Of a DNA stretch of 64,000 nucleotides, positions 31,211 to 44,617 are shown one piece after another. The DNA comes from Octopus vulgaris (taxonomy: Eukaryota). The stretch lies in contig OX597839.1 of the NCBI GenBank assembly GCA_951406725.2, positions 6,200,001 through 6,264,000 on the forward strand. Reading direction: 5' to 3'. The translations under genes and the position numbers were made by a program. The notes beneath the pieces are model-generated. The model searched no databases, was not told the origin of the DNA, and worked only from the letters and a program-made list of their open reading frames with translations. Position 1 is the first letter of the stretch. Each line of letters begins with the position of its first letter.

Positions 31211-31700
31211 CTCTAACGAGACTGCCAATTGGCAGTCAAACACTAATAAAGAAAATGAAGAATTACGGTGGTAATTAAAAACGTGGTATTGGGAGGCATC
31301 GAGTGATATATTTTGCCATGTTCGGTTTGATGTTATGTGAGAAGGGAGGCAAAAGAAGAATGAAAGAAGTTGTATTGTTTTCTATCTTAAATAAAAATCA
31401 GAATATTTTGTGAAAGCCCACCACCAACACACATACACACACACAGACACATATACATCCACACACGCATGTGTGTGTGTGTGTGTCTGAGTGTGTGTGT
31501 ATACACGTACATTTATTCATATACACAAACATTTAGATATACACGTTTATATTTATCGTATAGACAGACACACACACACTATATATATACACATATATAT
31601 GCACACATATATATACACACATATATATATACACACATATATATATACACACACATATATATATACGCACATATATGTATACACATATATATATACACAT

Positions 31701-31732
<32 letters not shown>

Positions 31733-32041
31733 GTATATATATACATACAAACACACTCAGATACGTACAAATGTATATATATATATATGTACACACACAC
31801 ACATATATATATATATAGAAAGAGAGAGAGATGCACACACAAACAGATAGACTGGGAGAGACTGAGGGGAGAGAGAGACATACATACATACATAGAGAGA
31901 AATGAGATGGAATGTTGATGGTGGTATGCCAGAGTTTAGAGAGCCAAAACAAAGAATTGGGGCAAAGAATTAAGAGTAAGTGAACGAGAGCAAAGAGAAA
32001 AGGGGGAGAGAGATGGTGGGTGGGATAAAAGAGGGAGAGGT

Positions 32042-32106
<65 letters not shown>

Positions 32107-32811
32107 GAATTAGCTAAATGGACATACATAAAAAGAAAACAAGACTTTTATGATATAAAACGTGTGGTGTATGTTTGTGGTGTGAGACAGAAAAGCCATA
32201 CTTCTCCACAGAGAAACATACCAAAGTCCTTCCCCGCCCACACCTCTGTCGGGGGTGGGTTTCTTTGTGTGTTTTTACATCTATTAAGATAAAAGCTATC
32301 CGTACACAATAAAGAAAAGGACCTCGTTCAACTGTAAGAAAATGGCCAACCGACCACACACACATACATACATACAGGGGCCGCGCGCGCTCGCCTGAAT
32401 ATATGGACAATGAGTACAGAACAACAATGCTCAGGAATGTCCGTTAAAAGACATTTTTGCTTGATCTGAGAACTATGTTAAAGAGACACTTCGCTTCGCT
32501 AAAAAGTACTACGTGGTTTGGTTTGCGTGGTAGGACTTGAACCCGGAACCACTTGGATTGCGAAACGAACTTCTGAACCGGTCGACCATGATTTCAAGAA
32601 TGCACAACGGAATGTAAGAACTGCTGTGTTTATGCGTATATAAAGGTGCTACATGTGCTTGTGTGTATGCATGCATGCGTACATACACACGAGGATAAGG
32701 TTGACAGTGGCGACGCCAACCAATGGCAAAAACTTTGACGTCGTTATCAACCTTTTCCTTGTAAAATGTGTGTGCTTTGTCAGTTAATGTTTGAACATAC
32801 GAAACTTATAC

Positions 32812-32855
<44 letters not shown>

Positions 32856-32925
32856 GAGTAAGCACATAAATGTGGAACAAGGTGGAAAAAAGAGTACTCA
32901 AATACCAGAGGTAGAGTAATATGCT

Positions 32926-33083
32926 TTATTTAAAGCAGCAGAAATATAACAAAAGCTGTTACTTGGAGTTTCACGTTCCCGTTCGTCGGACAGTTTTGTT
33001 AAAATTTTAACAAAACTGTCCGACGAACGGGAACGTGAAACTCCGAGTAACGGCTTTTGTTATATTTCTGCTGCTTTTAAATA

Positions 33084-33084
<1 letters not shown>
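32926..33084. repeat. Near-perfect ~160-bp palindrome carrying two hammerhead-like motifs (Penelope-like inverted end)
   Basis: Centre aaaa|tttt at 33004/33005; arms differ at about 3 positions. Confidence 0.92.
33016..33053 (+). ncRNA. Hammerhead-like motif, U4C core variant (mirror copy on - at 32956-32993)
   Basis: ctgt-CCGACGA-acg-ggaa-cgt-GAA-act-ccg-agt-A-acgg: stems I, II (GNRA loop) and III all pair. Confidence 0.65.
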
Positions 33085-33120
<36 letters not shown>

Positions 33121-33146
33121 GATGGATAGATAGATAGATAGGTAGG

Positions 33147-33253
<107 letters not shown>

Positions 33254-33936
33254 GTGTATGTATACACACACATAAATCTAAATATACACAAACACATATA
33301 TACGACACATATAGATGTAAGTACACCGGTGGGTATATCATTCATTCTTCAAAAGAGTCTAATCGAAAATAAAACTATAAAATTTTCATTGCATCATAAG
33401 CTCGGTAATAGGAATTGTTCTGCGATTTCGCCCGTCAGATGTCTGTTGCAGGTGGTTGCGTGAAAAAAAAAAAAAAAAGGAAAAATCTGCCAACTTTAAG
33501 GTTTCATATACAACACACAGAACCTAACCCTACCAAAAAAAAAAAAAAAAAAAAAATTGAAAACAAAAGAAAAAAAAAATACACGCTGCCGACAGGAAGA
33601 ATCAAACTCGCTGATAAGAATATAAACTACACGCCTAGATAGATAAAATACTTAAGGATTAATTGGTATATATTATTTCAGAGCATTCTCTCGCTTTGGG
33701 TACGAGGGTAGGTGAAAGGAAAGGACATAAAGGCTTCTGTATTTTATAACTGAAATAAAGAGAGAGAAGTGGAGGGGGGAGGGGGAGTAAAGGAGGTGGC
33801 GTTCCATTTATGATTTACATTTTAGTCTGGAAGTTTCAGTACACAGGGTGCGGCTGTACTCTCTACATCTCCGAACGCAGGAGTTCATGCTTTATCAGGT
33901 GAGTGATGCAACTGCGTAAAGGTATTTCGGTTCCGA

Positions 33937-34465
33937 GGCGGCGAGCTGGCAGAATCGTTAGCACGCCGGACGAAATGCTTAGCGGTATTTCGTCCGCCGC
34001 TGAGTTCTGAGTTCAAATTCCGCCGAGGTTGACTTTGCCTTTCATCCTTTCGGGGTCGATTTAAATAAGTACCATTTACGTACTGGGGTCGATATAATCG
34101 ATTTAATCCGTTCGTTTGTCCTTGTTTGTCCTCTCTATGTTAAGCTCCTTGTGGGTAGTAAAGAAATAGGTATTTCGTCTGTCGCTACGTTCTAAGTTCA
34201 AATTACGCCGAGGTCGATTTTGCCTGTCATCCTTTCGGGGTCGATAAATTAAGTACCAGTTACGCACTGGAGTCGTTATAATCGACTTAATCCGTTTGTC
34301 TGTCCTTGTTTGTCCTCTCTGTGTTAAGCCCCTTGTGGGTAGTAAAGAAATAGATAAATTAAGTACCAGTTACGCACTGGGGTCGATGTAATCGACTTAA
34401 TACCTATGTCTGTCCTTGTTTGTCCCCTCTATGTTTAGCCCCTTGTGGGTAATAAAGAAATAGGT
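33937..34465 (+). mobile_element. SINE B1 trimer (full unit plus two progressively truncated units)
   Basis: Restarts at ggtatttcgtc (~34169) and gataaattaagtacc (~34353). Confidence 0.9.
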
Positions 34466-34554
34466 ATTGAGTCATGCATCGTTAATATAGTTAGTAGTTT
34501 GTGGTTGTAAAACGAAATACGGTATGACAGACCGACTAACTGAGAGAGAGATTT

Positions 34555-34846
<292 letters not shown>

Positions 34847-35359
34847 CGTGGGCCTTGGTTGGTTGGTTGGTTAAAGATAGGCTGGCGCACAAGAATCGCC
34901 ATAGCATTTCGCGATGGATAGACAGATATAGAGATATAGAAGCATAATAAACACAAAGACATAATAACAACGTCAACCAACGAGATAGCTAAATAGATAG
35001 AATGTACTGCTCGATCGATGGAAAGAAACAACTCGATCAATGAATAGTTAATCACAAAATTGAGAGTAAGACAAAGATGAGTAGGGACAGATAAGCATAT
35101 AAACCTGTGGGAATCGCCATTTAAGTTGTTATTATTCAGATGGCTTTTAGATAAGAGATGGAAGTTAATGGCTCTAAATATGAAAGCGTAACCCGAACCG
35201 TTCAGAAATGAAAACGAAGCAGCACGCATATGGCGACGAGTTATTGTCGTTGTTGTTACGTAGCCCTATAACCCTAGGCCAGCTATGATGGTGCAGTTAT
35301 AAGGCATATAGGTGGTCGACTAAAGGAGCCTCGACAATAGTGTTTCCCAAACTGTTTTT

Positions 35360-35828
35360 GGATCTTTTCGGTTTGAACGGCAGTTTTTTTAAAATAATTT
35401 CCACGTAACTAAACACTTTTAAACTTCGTATACTGGTAGAATGTGTTTATAAAACATCTTTTTATCTTGGCTTTACACACATTTTGTACTCTGTCTAGTT
35501 CACTGATTCTTAGTATTTCTAAGTCGGCGTTTAGGATCTTTTCGGTTTGAACGGCAGTTTTTAACATAATTTCTAGGTAACTAAACACTTTTAAACTTCG
35601 TATACTGGTAGAATGTGTTTATAAAACATCTTTTTATCTTGGCTTTATTGAGAAAATTCTATAGTTTGTAAGATATTTGTTGTTTTTTTTCTTCAATTTC
35701 TGCTATTTCAACCAATTAGTGACGTCTATTGATTTAAAAAGCATTCTGTGCCGTATGAATATGTCCCTCGTGATTGGTTGAAATTGCAGAAATTGAAGAA
35801 AAAAAAACAACAAATATATTACAAACTC
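35360..35828. mobile_element. Rearranged copy of the 5717 MITE family (duplicated left end, inverted segment, no right TIR)
   Basis: ggatcttttcggtttgaacggcag at 35360 and 35534; inverted block at 35770-35828. Confidence 0.85.
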
Positions 35829-36149
35829 GGGGCCACTGAGGAAACCCCAAAACAGAGCCGGTCGACGGCTAGACAAAGCAACCAAATCTGCTTCAAATTT
35901 CATCACACAAATTTCATCACACTAGCTAATACGAGCAGTGTTTCTTATGATTTTTAAAAGTACATTACCTAACGAGCCCCGCCTTTTTTTTAAGACAGCA
36001 GGAAGTGATACAAGGAATGTTTTACTATTTCTGTTTCAAACAGTTAAAGCAACCACGTAGAAGTACCCCTTTTTAGGTGGTAGTGATTTTGACGTGCATG
36101 TAATGCGTTTTATATACACATGCAGTTACTCGAAAATATATGTATTCCC

Positions 36150-36562
36150 TTTACTCATTTACTTGTTTCAGTCATTTGACTGTGGCCATGCTGGAGCACC
36201 ACCTTTTTAGTCGAGCAAATCGACCCCAGGAGTTATTCTTTGTAAGACTATAACTTATTCTATCGGTGTCTTTTGCCGAACCGCTAAGTTACGGGGACGT
36301 AAACACACCAGCATCGGTTGTCAAGCGATGTTGGGGGGTGCAAACACAGACACACAAACATATATACACACACACACACATATATATATACATATATACG
36401 ACGGGCTTCTTTCAGTTTCCGTCTACCAAATCCACTCACAAGGCTTTGGTCGGTCCGAGGCTATAGTAGAAGACACTTGCCCAAGGTGCCACGTAGTGGG
36501 ACTGAACCCGAAACCATGTGGTTCGTAAGCAAGCTAGTTACCACACAGCCACTCCTACGCCT
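36150..36562 (-). mobile_element. SINE family A, full length
   Basis: tttacttgtttcagtcatttgactgtggccatgctgg...ggactgaacccgaaaccatgtgg...ccacacagccactcctacgcc. Confidence 0.92.
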
Positions 36563-37563
36563 GTATGTGTGTATATATGTATATATGTATACACACACAC
36601 ACAAATTTACAAACATATACGCACGAAAATATACACATTAAACAGAAGGGTCGAACAACAAAAGCGAAAATAAAACGTGGGACTTTGCATGCGATGTAGA
36701 TAGGGATACGCGATTATTTAGGACAGATTTAATAAATAAGCCAAAAGAGACGACGGCGACAAACGCTTCCAAGTGACAGCCACTTGACCGTATCATACGA
36801 AAATGAGACAATTGATAAACAAACGAGAATCACTCGACCGTATCATACTGTTTCACACACACATACATATATGCATATAGACAAGAAAGCGGTAAAAGAA
36901 AGGGAGGTAAACGGTTAGATATTGCCTGACGAGTGCTGACTGGTTAATAGTAGTGGTAGGGGGATGGTGGTTTGTGTGTGAATTAAGGCAAAAATGGATT
37001 AAATCAATCACACCACACTCGTGCATAATTTAGTAACGAGTTCAAAAAGCGTGATTTTTATTTCTTTTTGTTTATTTATTTATTGCTAAAGGCCGCCGTG
37101 GTCCTCTTAACATCTTTGCATGGTGGTGGCGCTGGGTTCTTAATAGTGATGATGGAGTAGTGTAAATGAGATTGAGGTTAGGCTGGGTTTTGTGATGAGG
37201 TTTGTTGGGAGTAATGTGCGCGCCTGCGCTTGCAGTGTGTATGTGTGGGGGGGTTGCGGGGACGATGGATTCGGTTGCACGCTTGAATGCATCTGGACTA
37301 ATTACTTTAGTCGTGTGTATGTCCTTTCCACTCACTCCACTGGACGAGAGAGAGAGAGAAAGAGAAAGAGAGAGAGAGTGAAAGAGAGAGAGAGTGAAAG
37401 AGAGAGAGAGTGAAAGAGAGAGAAAAGGAAGGAATAGGTCATAGATGATCGAATCGAAGGGAAGGAAGGAAGGAAGGAGAGATAGAGAGATAGGGAAACC
37501 GGTTCGGGTCGGTTAGTTTCAGTTCGGTTATCATTTGCTAAGAGAGAAAGAAAGAGGAAGAAG

Positions 37564-37625
<62 letters not shown>

Positions 37626-37904
37626 TATATGTGTGAGAAAGAAAGAGAGATAGGTAGGTAAACTTTATTAATTAATGTACAAAGTTCGAAAGCCGAAAAG
37701 CAATAAAATGCCATTTCAGTCGATTGGTCAAGCCAGTTCATCTGTCTAATAAGAGAGGAAGGTGAGAGGGAAAGAGGCTGTAAGTGAGGGAATAAGAGAG
37801 AGGAGAAAACCATTGAGTGAATGAGTAAATTAAAGAGAGGAGGGGATGTGAATGAAAGAGAGAGAGAGAGAGATAGTGTGTGTGTGTGCGTGGCTGAATC
37901 ACAG

Positions 37905-38282
37905 GTTGAATGAAAGAGAATGAGTGAGGGAGTGAATGAAAGAGAATCAAGGAGGGAGTGAATGAAAGAGAACAACAGAGGGAGGGAGTGAATGAAAGAG
38001 AATAAGGAAGGGAGTGAATGAAAGAGAATAAGGAAGGGAGTGAATGAAAGAGAATAAGGAAGGGAATGAATGAAAGAGAATAAGGGAGGGAGTGAATGAA
38101 AGAGAATAAGGCAGGGAGTGAATGAAAGAGAATAAGGAAGGGAATGAATGAAAGAGAATAAGGGAGGGAGTGAATGAAAGAGAATAAGGCAGGGAGTGAA
38201 TGAAAGAGAATAAGGGAAGGAGTGAATGAAAGAGAATAAAGGAGGGAGTGAATGAAAGAGAATAAGGAAGGGAATGAAAGAG
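37905..38282. repeat. ~26-bp purine-rich minisatellite (gggagtgaatgaaagagaataaggaa)
   Basis: About 14 visible units. Confidence 0.92.
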
Positions 38283-39677
38283 AAGAGTGTGTGAATAAGA
38301 GTGTGAGTGAGAGAGAAAGAGTGAATTAAATTTTGACTGAGAGAGGGTGAATGAGAGAGGTAGTATGTGTGTGTGTGTGAAAGAGGTGTGTGTGTGTGTG
38401 TGTGTGTGTGTGAATTAAAGAATGAGTGGGTTAGAAAATGAACTGGTGTAGACAAACGAAGGAAATGAATGAATGGATGGATTTCCTTCCACATACATTC
38501 ACTAGAGCTAACAAGGAAGTCTTTAAATGATCGAGTGATATGCTAGAGATGGTAGTCAAGTCTCTTTTAGAATTTACACCAATCGTCTCTTACCAATGCC
38601 TGAAAGCAATGGAGGGATGGTCATGTCTGCAGCGCCTTTCATTAGAATTGACCACGGGGAAGGGATTAATATGAATTCCTCCTGTTAGTTTTATTTCCTT
38701 CAAGAGATTAAATAAATAATAGATAAATAACATCCAGCCACGACCACCACCACCACCATCATCAATTGCACAGCCAGCGCCGTCACTATCACAGTTGCTG
38801 GTTTAGCCTTTAGTGAAATTGTAATTAAATTCCCGCGCCACCACTTCCACCGCCGCCATCATTAATTCTATCCGTCCTTCAACTCCCTCGACTAATTGGG
38901 AGTAAAATGTGTATGAAAAGTATTTCAACTAAAAAATTTTAAGGGATAAGCATTTTGGGCAATTCTAAATAAAATAAAATAAATAAATAAATAAAATAAC
39001 TCCCTTCCGTAGCGATAACGAAAGGATGATGATAGATAAGAGGGGATAAGAGAAATACGATGCCGAAAGAAAGAAAGAAAAAAGCGGGGCGGAGGCGAGA
39101 GAAGGAGAAAGATACAGAGAGAGTAGAACTGGATTGAGGTGGGTGGAGACGGAGATAAATCAAGATTTGTAAACGCGTTGAAATGGGAATAACATTTCAA
39201 ACTTGATGAAAATAATAACAATAATAATTGCTACCTTAACTATAAAGCCCACACATATTGAAAGCGCGTGGGGTGGTGATAGCCCGATTATATTTAACAA
39301 GTAGTTTATTCTTTGACTACTTGCTAATTTATACTATCGACCTCCGATAGAGGAAAAGTAAAGTCGATTTTGGTATATAACGTTAAAGTTAGTTACTCCT
39401 GTCTAGACAATAACTTCCAACATTATAGCACTCAGACAGGCATACACCTGCGCCATCCCTATACCAGACACACTCTCACAACCACCAAAATCAAACCACC
39501 TGTCCACAGAGGAGATTCTGCCTTTCCTAGATAGCAGTTTATAGACTACAATGATCAGAAGCAATTAAATTAAAACTAAAAGTCTTCGAGCTTGACAGTG
39601 TGAGCAAAAGTCTTGTCTAAAACTGGCCGTATTTTCCCCCAACCTTTTTTGTTTCTTTTTTACTCCTCGTGACATAC

Positions 39678-40033
39678 TTCAATTCAATTCAATTCAATTT
39701 TTATTGGCTCAAAAAGCAAAAGCAAGGCCATGTAGGGGGACAGGGAGTTATGTATAGGGAGGGTGGTCATACAAAGAGTTCAGGCCATTTCTGGCCAAGA
39801 GAAACTTTGAACCGAGCGATCGTCGGCATCTTCACTATCTCGTCCGGCAGCTTATTCCACGGATCCGCAACCCGGACGGAGAAAGCCCCTCTCCTTCGAT
39901 TGAGATGAAATCGTCGTAGATAGAGCTTTGCAGAGTGACCCCGCAGCCGACGCTCTGAAGCAGGAGTGAAGAACAGCTCTTTCGAGAGGTTACACTTTCC
40001 GCTTATGATGTTGTGAGCGAGAATGAGATCACC
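39678..40033 (-). mobile_element. 5'-truncated CR1-clade LINE 3' end
   Basis: 40033-39767 translates without stops to GDLILAHNII...RLRGHSAKL...AFSVRVADPWNKLPDEIV...WPELFV*, matching the CR1 ORF2 C-terminal pattern (GDLI, RGH..KL, FS.RV...WN.LP); (AATTG)n tail; catact on both flanks. Confidence 0.9.
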
Positions 40034-40619
40034 ATACTGAACAGGATTTACAATGTTCCTTTCAACAAAGCCTTTACTATCTTTTTCGGTAATCTCATGA
40101 AAAACTATTTAGAAAACAGAGTAGATCTCCAGGACTTTTAAGACAATGAACGACGCATATAGACAATGTCTTCGTAAATCTCACTTTTTCTCCAAGAAGT
40201 ATAAATTTATTTCTTTGCTGGCGGAATCTCATCAGGACCAAGCAACCCAACAATTAAACTAGTGTAGAACTTAATGCTAAATGCATACCTCAACCCCTGA
40301 TGCCTAATCGTTCACACTTTCCATCCATGACCAAGCCATATTTTTAGGACTATATATAGCACATCATCATCTATTATATCTTTCCTATGCTTTTTTAAGA
40401 AAAGTAGGATGGGTTTCGATACTAGTCGTTATATTTAAGATTGCTACTTATCGGTATCTATTTGTCAAACAGCTATGTTATATAACATAAATACGTTCTT
40501 TTTTTTAGGGATTTTGCCCTTTTACACTATATCAACGTAAAATGTAAAGGAAACCGAAATGCCAACACACATACATTATATATACATACATATATACATA
40601 AAGGTGAGGTGCAGATACC

Positions 40620-40861
40620 TATTTCTTTACTATCCACAAGGGGCTAAACACAGAGAGGACAAACAAGGACAGACAAACGGATTAAGTCGATTATATCGAC
40701 CCCAGTGCGTAACTGGTACTTAATTTATCGACCTCGAAAGGATGAAAGGCAAAGTCGACCTCGGCGGAATTTGAACTCAGAACGTAACGGCAGACGAAAT
40801 ACGGCTACGTATTTCGCCGTATTTCGCCCGGCGTGCTAACGTTTCTGCCAGCTCGCCGCCT
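40620..40861 (-). mobile_element. SINE B1, full length, 15-bp TSD
   Basis: TSD tgaggtgcagatacc at 40605-40619 and 40862-40876. Confidence 0.93.
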
Positions 40862-41679
40862 TGAGGTGCAGATACCGTCGGTCAAATTTCAAGGCAACCT
40901 GAAATCATGTGGTGCGAAGTGAACCACATCACCTTACAGTCATGCCAGTACACGTAACCAGTACATAAACGTGGCTTGTTGAGGCCAAATGTTCCCTTCT
41001 AGAAAAAGAAATTTCTCTCAACATTTATTTACGTGTTTCCCTAAAGACATTAATTAGAGGGATGTTAGTTAGGAAGAAAGGGAAAAAGAGCAAACACAAC
41101 TAAAAGAAGGAAGAAAAAGACAAACCAACAACGTTTAACAGAAAGAAACTTCGATTCACTCTGACAGGGCGTAAAAAACTCGGACTTTTTTTTTTTTATC
41201 TGTTTGTTTTTGAAAGGTTTCCTAAGCCTGGCAGACTCAAACAATAAGCCAGCAAAATACATTCACCAATCTGATTGTAATTTAATAAAACGTTACAACA
41301 ACAACAATTACTGTAATTGTCGCTGCTGTTATAGTTGTTATTCAATTCCGCTATTACAAGAATTGCTATATAAATTTTCTATGACGTATCTGAAAATTTC
41401 ACTTTGTCATCTTTAAAGAATCTCAACAACAATAACCACAAACAACAACAACAACAACAACGAGGATATTATCCAAAACAAAAAAAAATCACTACTACCA
41501 CTCTACCACCACCAATACACGTACACAAACAAATCCGTGACTACCACTACAAAAAAATTGTGTTTCACTGTAGCTTTGTTTTTCTTTGTTTGTGAGGGTT
41601 TTTTTGTGCAAAGTACTGCAAAATAAGAAGAGATTGAAAACTATTCGCCTCCCCCCCCCCATTTGTTTTCTGTGAGGGA

Positions 41680-41684
<5 letters not shown>

Positions 41685-41717
<33 letters not shown>

Positions 41718-42210
41718 CATTATTATCATTATTATCATTATCATCATCATCATCATCATCATCATATTATTATTATTATTATCATTATCATTATTATCAT
41801 CATTATCATCATCATTATTATTATTATTATTATTATCATTATTATTATTATCATCATTATCATCATCATTATAATTATTATTATTATTATTATCATTATT
41901 ATTATTATCATCATTATCATCATCATTATTATTATTATTATTATCATTATTATTATTATCATCATTATCATCATCATTATTATTATTATTATTATTATTA
42001 TCATTATTATTATTATCATCATTATCATCATCATCATTATTATTATTATTATTATTATTAATATTATTATTATTATCATTATTATTATTATTATCATCAT
42101 CATTATTATCATCAGCATTATTATTACTATTATTATTATTATCATTATTATCATCATCATTATTATTATTATCATTATTATCATCATCATTATTATTATT
42201 ATTATTATTA
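41685..42210. repeat. (ATT)/(ATC) trinucleotide array
   Basis: Directly visible. Confidence 0.95.
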
Positions 42211-42830
42211 ATTTATTTATTTAACTTTATTAATATTTTATTTTTTTTATATTGCAAAGATTTTCAATTTTTCATTTTTTTTCTTAATTTTTTTATTCGT
42301 AAATTTATTTATTCCAATTGTTGTTGATTTTTTTTTTTCCATCTTTAAACTAAAGGGTCTTTTTTAAAACACAAAGAGCACTTAATAACAACGACAACAA
42401 CAACAACAACAGCAGGAATAAGAACCATAAATATACATATACACAAATAAACAAAAACATTAATATTTATTTTTTTTTAAATGTTTTTAAATAAAATAAA
42501 AACTTTTGGGATTTATTTTATTTTATTTAATTTTTTAACAGTTTTTGTGATTTTGTACTTGCGAGTGAACACATTTGAAAATTATATATCTATGTGTGTG
42601 TGTACACACACTCACACTATAGTTGTTTTATATATACATACATAGATGCATACATACACAAATATATACAATATACATGTATATATGCACTATATACAAA
42701 CATAGATACATATACATAAATATATACAATATATATGTATATATGTACTATATACAAACATACAAATATATTTTATATACATGCATACATAAAATCTATA
42801 TAGTTGCATATGAATATATATATGCATGTA

Positions 42831-42866
<36 letters not shown>

Positions 42867-42956
42867 CAAACATGCAGATAGCATATATGCATGTGTGTGT
42901 GTAAACTAATTAAGAAGATTTAGACAAGTAAATTTATACATATACGCACGCACGTG

Positions 42957-42997
<41 letters not shown>

Positions 42998-43006
42998 GAG
43001 CCAATT

Positions 43007-43043
<37 letters not shown>

Positions 43044-43052
43044 GAGCCAATT

Positions 43053-43096
<44 letters not shown>

Positions 43097-43614
43097 AGCC
43101 AATTCCAATCAGTATTATGTGACAGGAATTGACACAGTAAAATGACATAGGGTTGAAAACCATGAGTTTATGGGGGACAAAAAGGGTTGGTTACAGAGAA
43201 AAAGAAAGAGAGGAGAGAGACAGAAAAGGATAGAGTAAGGAGAGGAGAGAAGGAAGGACAGAGATGCGAATGTGGAATAGGGAAATAAAAGACAGTACAT
43301 AGTTAAAACAAAACAAAGCTAGAAACACTATTGTGGGCAACATGAGGAGACATGTAATAGGTAGGAGACAGGGGTTGGCCATTAAACTGTCACATATTTA
43401 ACAGAATGAAGTCAGATTTTTTTTTTTGTGTTTTTGTTGGATTTTCGTGTTGTTTATTTGGATGAGTTTATTTAATTTATTTTCATTTGCTTTTTTTTAA
43501 TTGTTTGTTTGTTTTTATATCAAATTCACTCACTCATGCTATAGGTGGTGGTGGTGGTGGTGGTGTGTGAAAAAGAGAGACTGAGAGACTAGGAGAGAGG
43601 AGAGAGGAGAGGAG

Positions 43615-44040
43615 AGAGAGAGAGAGACTGGGTGTGAGAAAGAGATGGAAAATGAGAGGGTAGCAGGGAAAGGATAGGAGGGAGAGAGAGTGAGAGAGAG
43701 AGAGACTGGGTGTGAGAGAGAGAGAGACTGGGTGTGAGAAAGAGATGGAAAATGAGAGGGTAGCAGGGAGAGGATAGGAGAGAGAGAGAGAGAGAGAGAC
43801 TGGGTGTGAGTAAGAGATGGAAAATGAGAAGGTTGCAGGGAGAGGATAGGAGAGAGAGAGAGACTGAGTGTGAGTAAGAGATGGAAAATGAGAGGGTAGC
43901 AGGGAGAGGAGAGGATAGGAGAGAGAGAGAGAGAGAGACTGGGTGTAAGAGATGGAAAATGCGAGGGTAGCAGGGAGAGGATAGGAGAGAGATAGAGAGA
44001 CTGGGTGTGAGTAAGAGATGGAAAATGAGAGGGTAGCAGA
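43615..44040. repeat. ~55-65-bp minisatellite (gactgggtgtgagtaagagatggaaaatgagagggtagcagggagaggatagg(ag)n)
   Basis: About 6-7 units with variable GA tract. Confidence 0.9.
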
Positions 44041-44575
44041 AAAGTAGAACGATTTATAAGGCAGAGAAAGAAGTAGAAAGGTAAAGTTAAGAGAGGGAGA
44101 AAGAGAGAGAGAGATAATGAGCAGATAAGGATGAGAGAATGAGTGGAGGGGAGAGTGAGACAAAAAAGGGTAGGAAAATGAACCGAGAAGAAAAGAAAGG
44201 AAAGAAGAATAAGAGAGAGAGGAGAAGATATAAACAGAGGAAGGAGAGAGGTTGAAAGAGAGAAAGAGAATGAAGGAGAGATGTGAAAATTGAAAGAAAG
44301 ACGGGAGAACCTACTTTCAGTTGGACATTATATGTATGCATGTATGTATGTATATAAATATGTGTGTGTATGTGTGTGTGTGTGTGTGTATAAATATGTG
44401 TGTGTGTAATACGATGCAGTGTGTTTAAGTGTTTATGTGATGTTTGAGTGTGGTTGTTGTATGTGTCAGAGAGAAGAGAATGGAAAACGGATAAGGGGAA
44501 AAGTGAAAATAAAAGAGAGGGAGAGATGGTGAGAGAACGAGAAAAAGAGATGAAAATGAAACGGAATTTTGTAAG

Positions 44576-44617
<42 letters not shown>

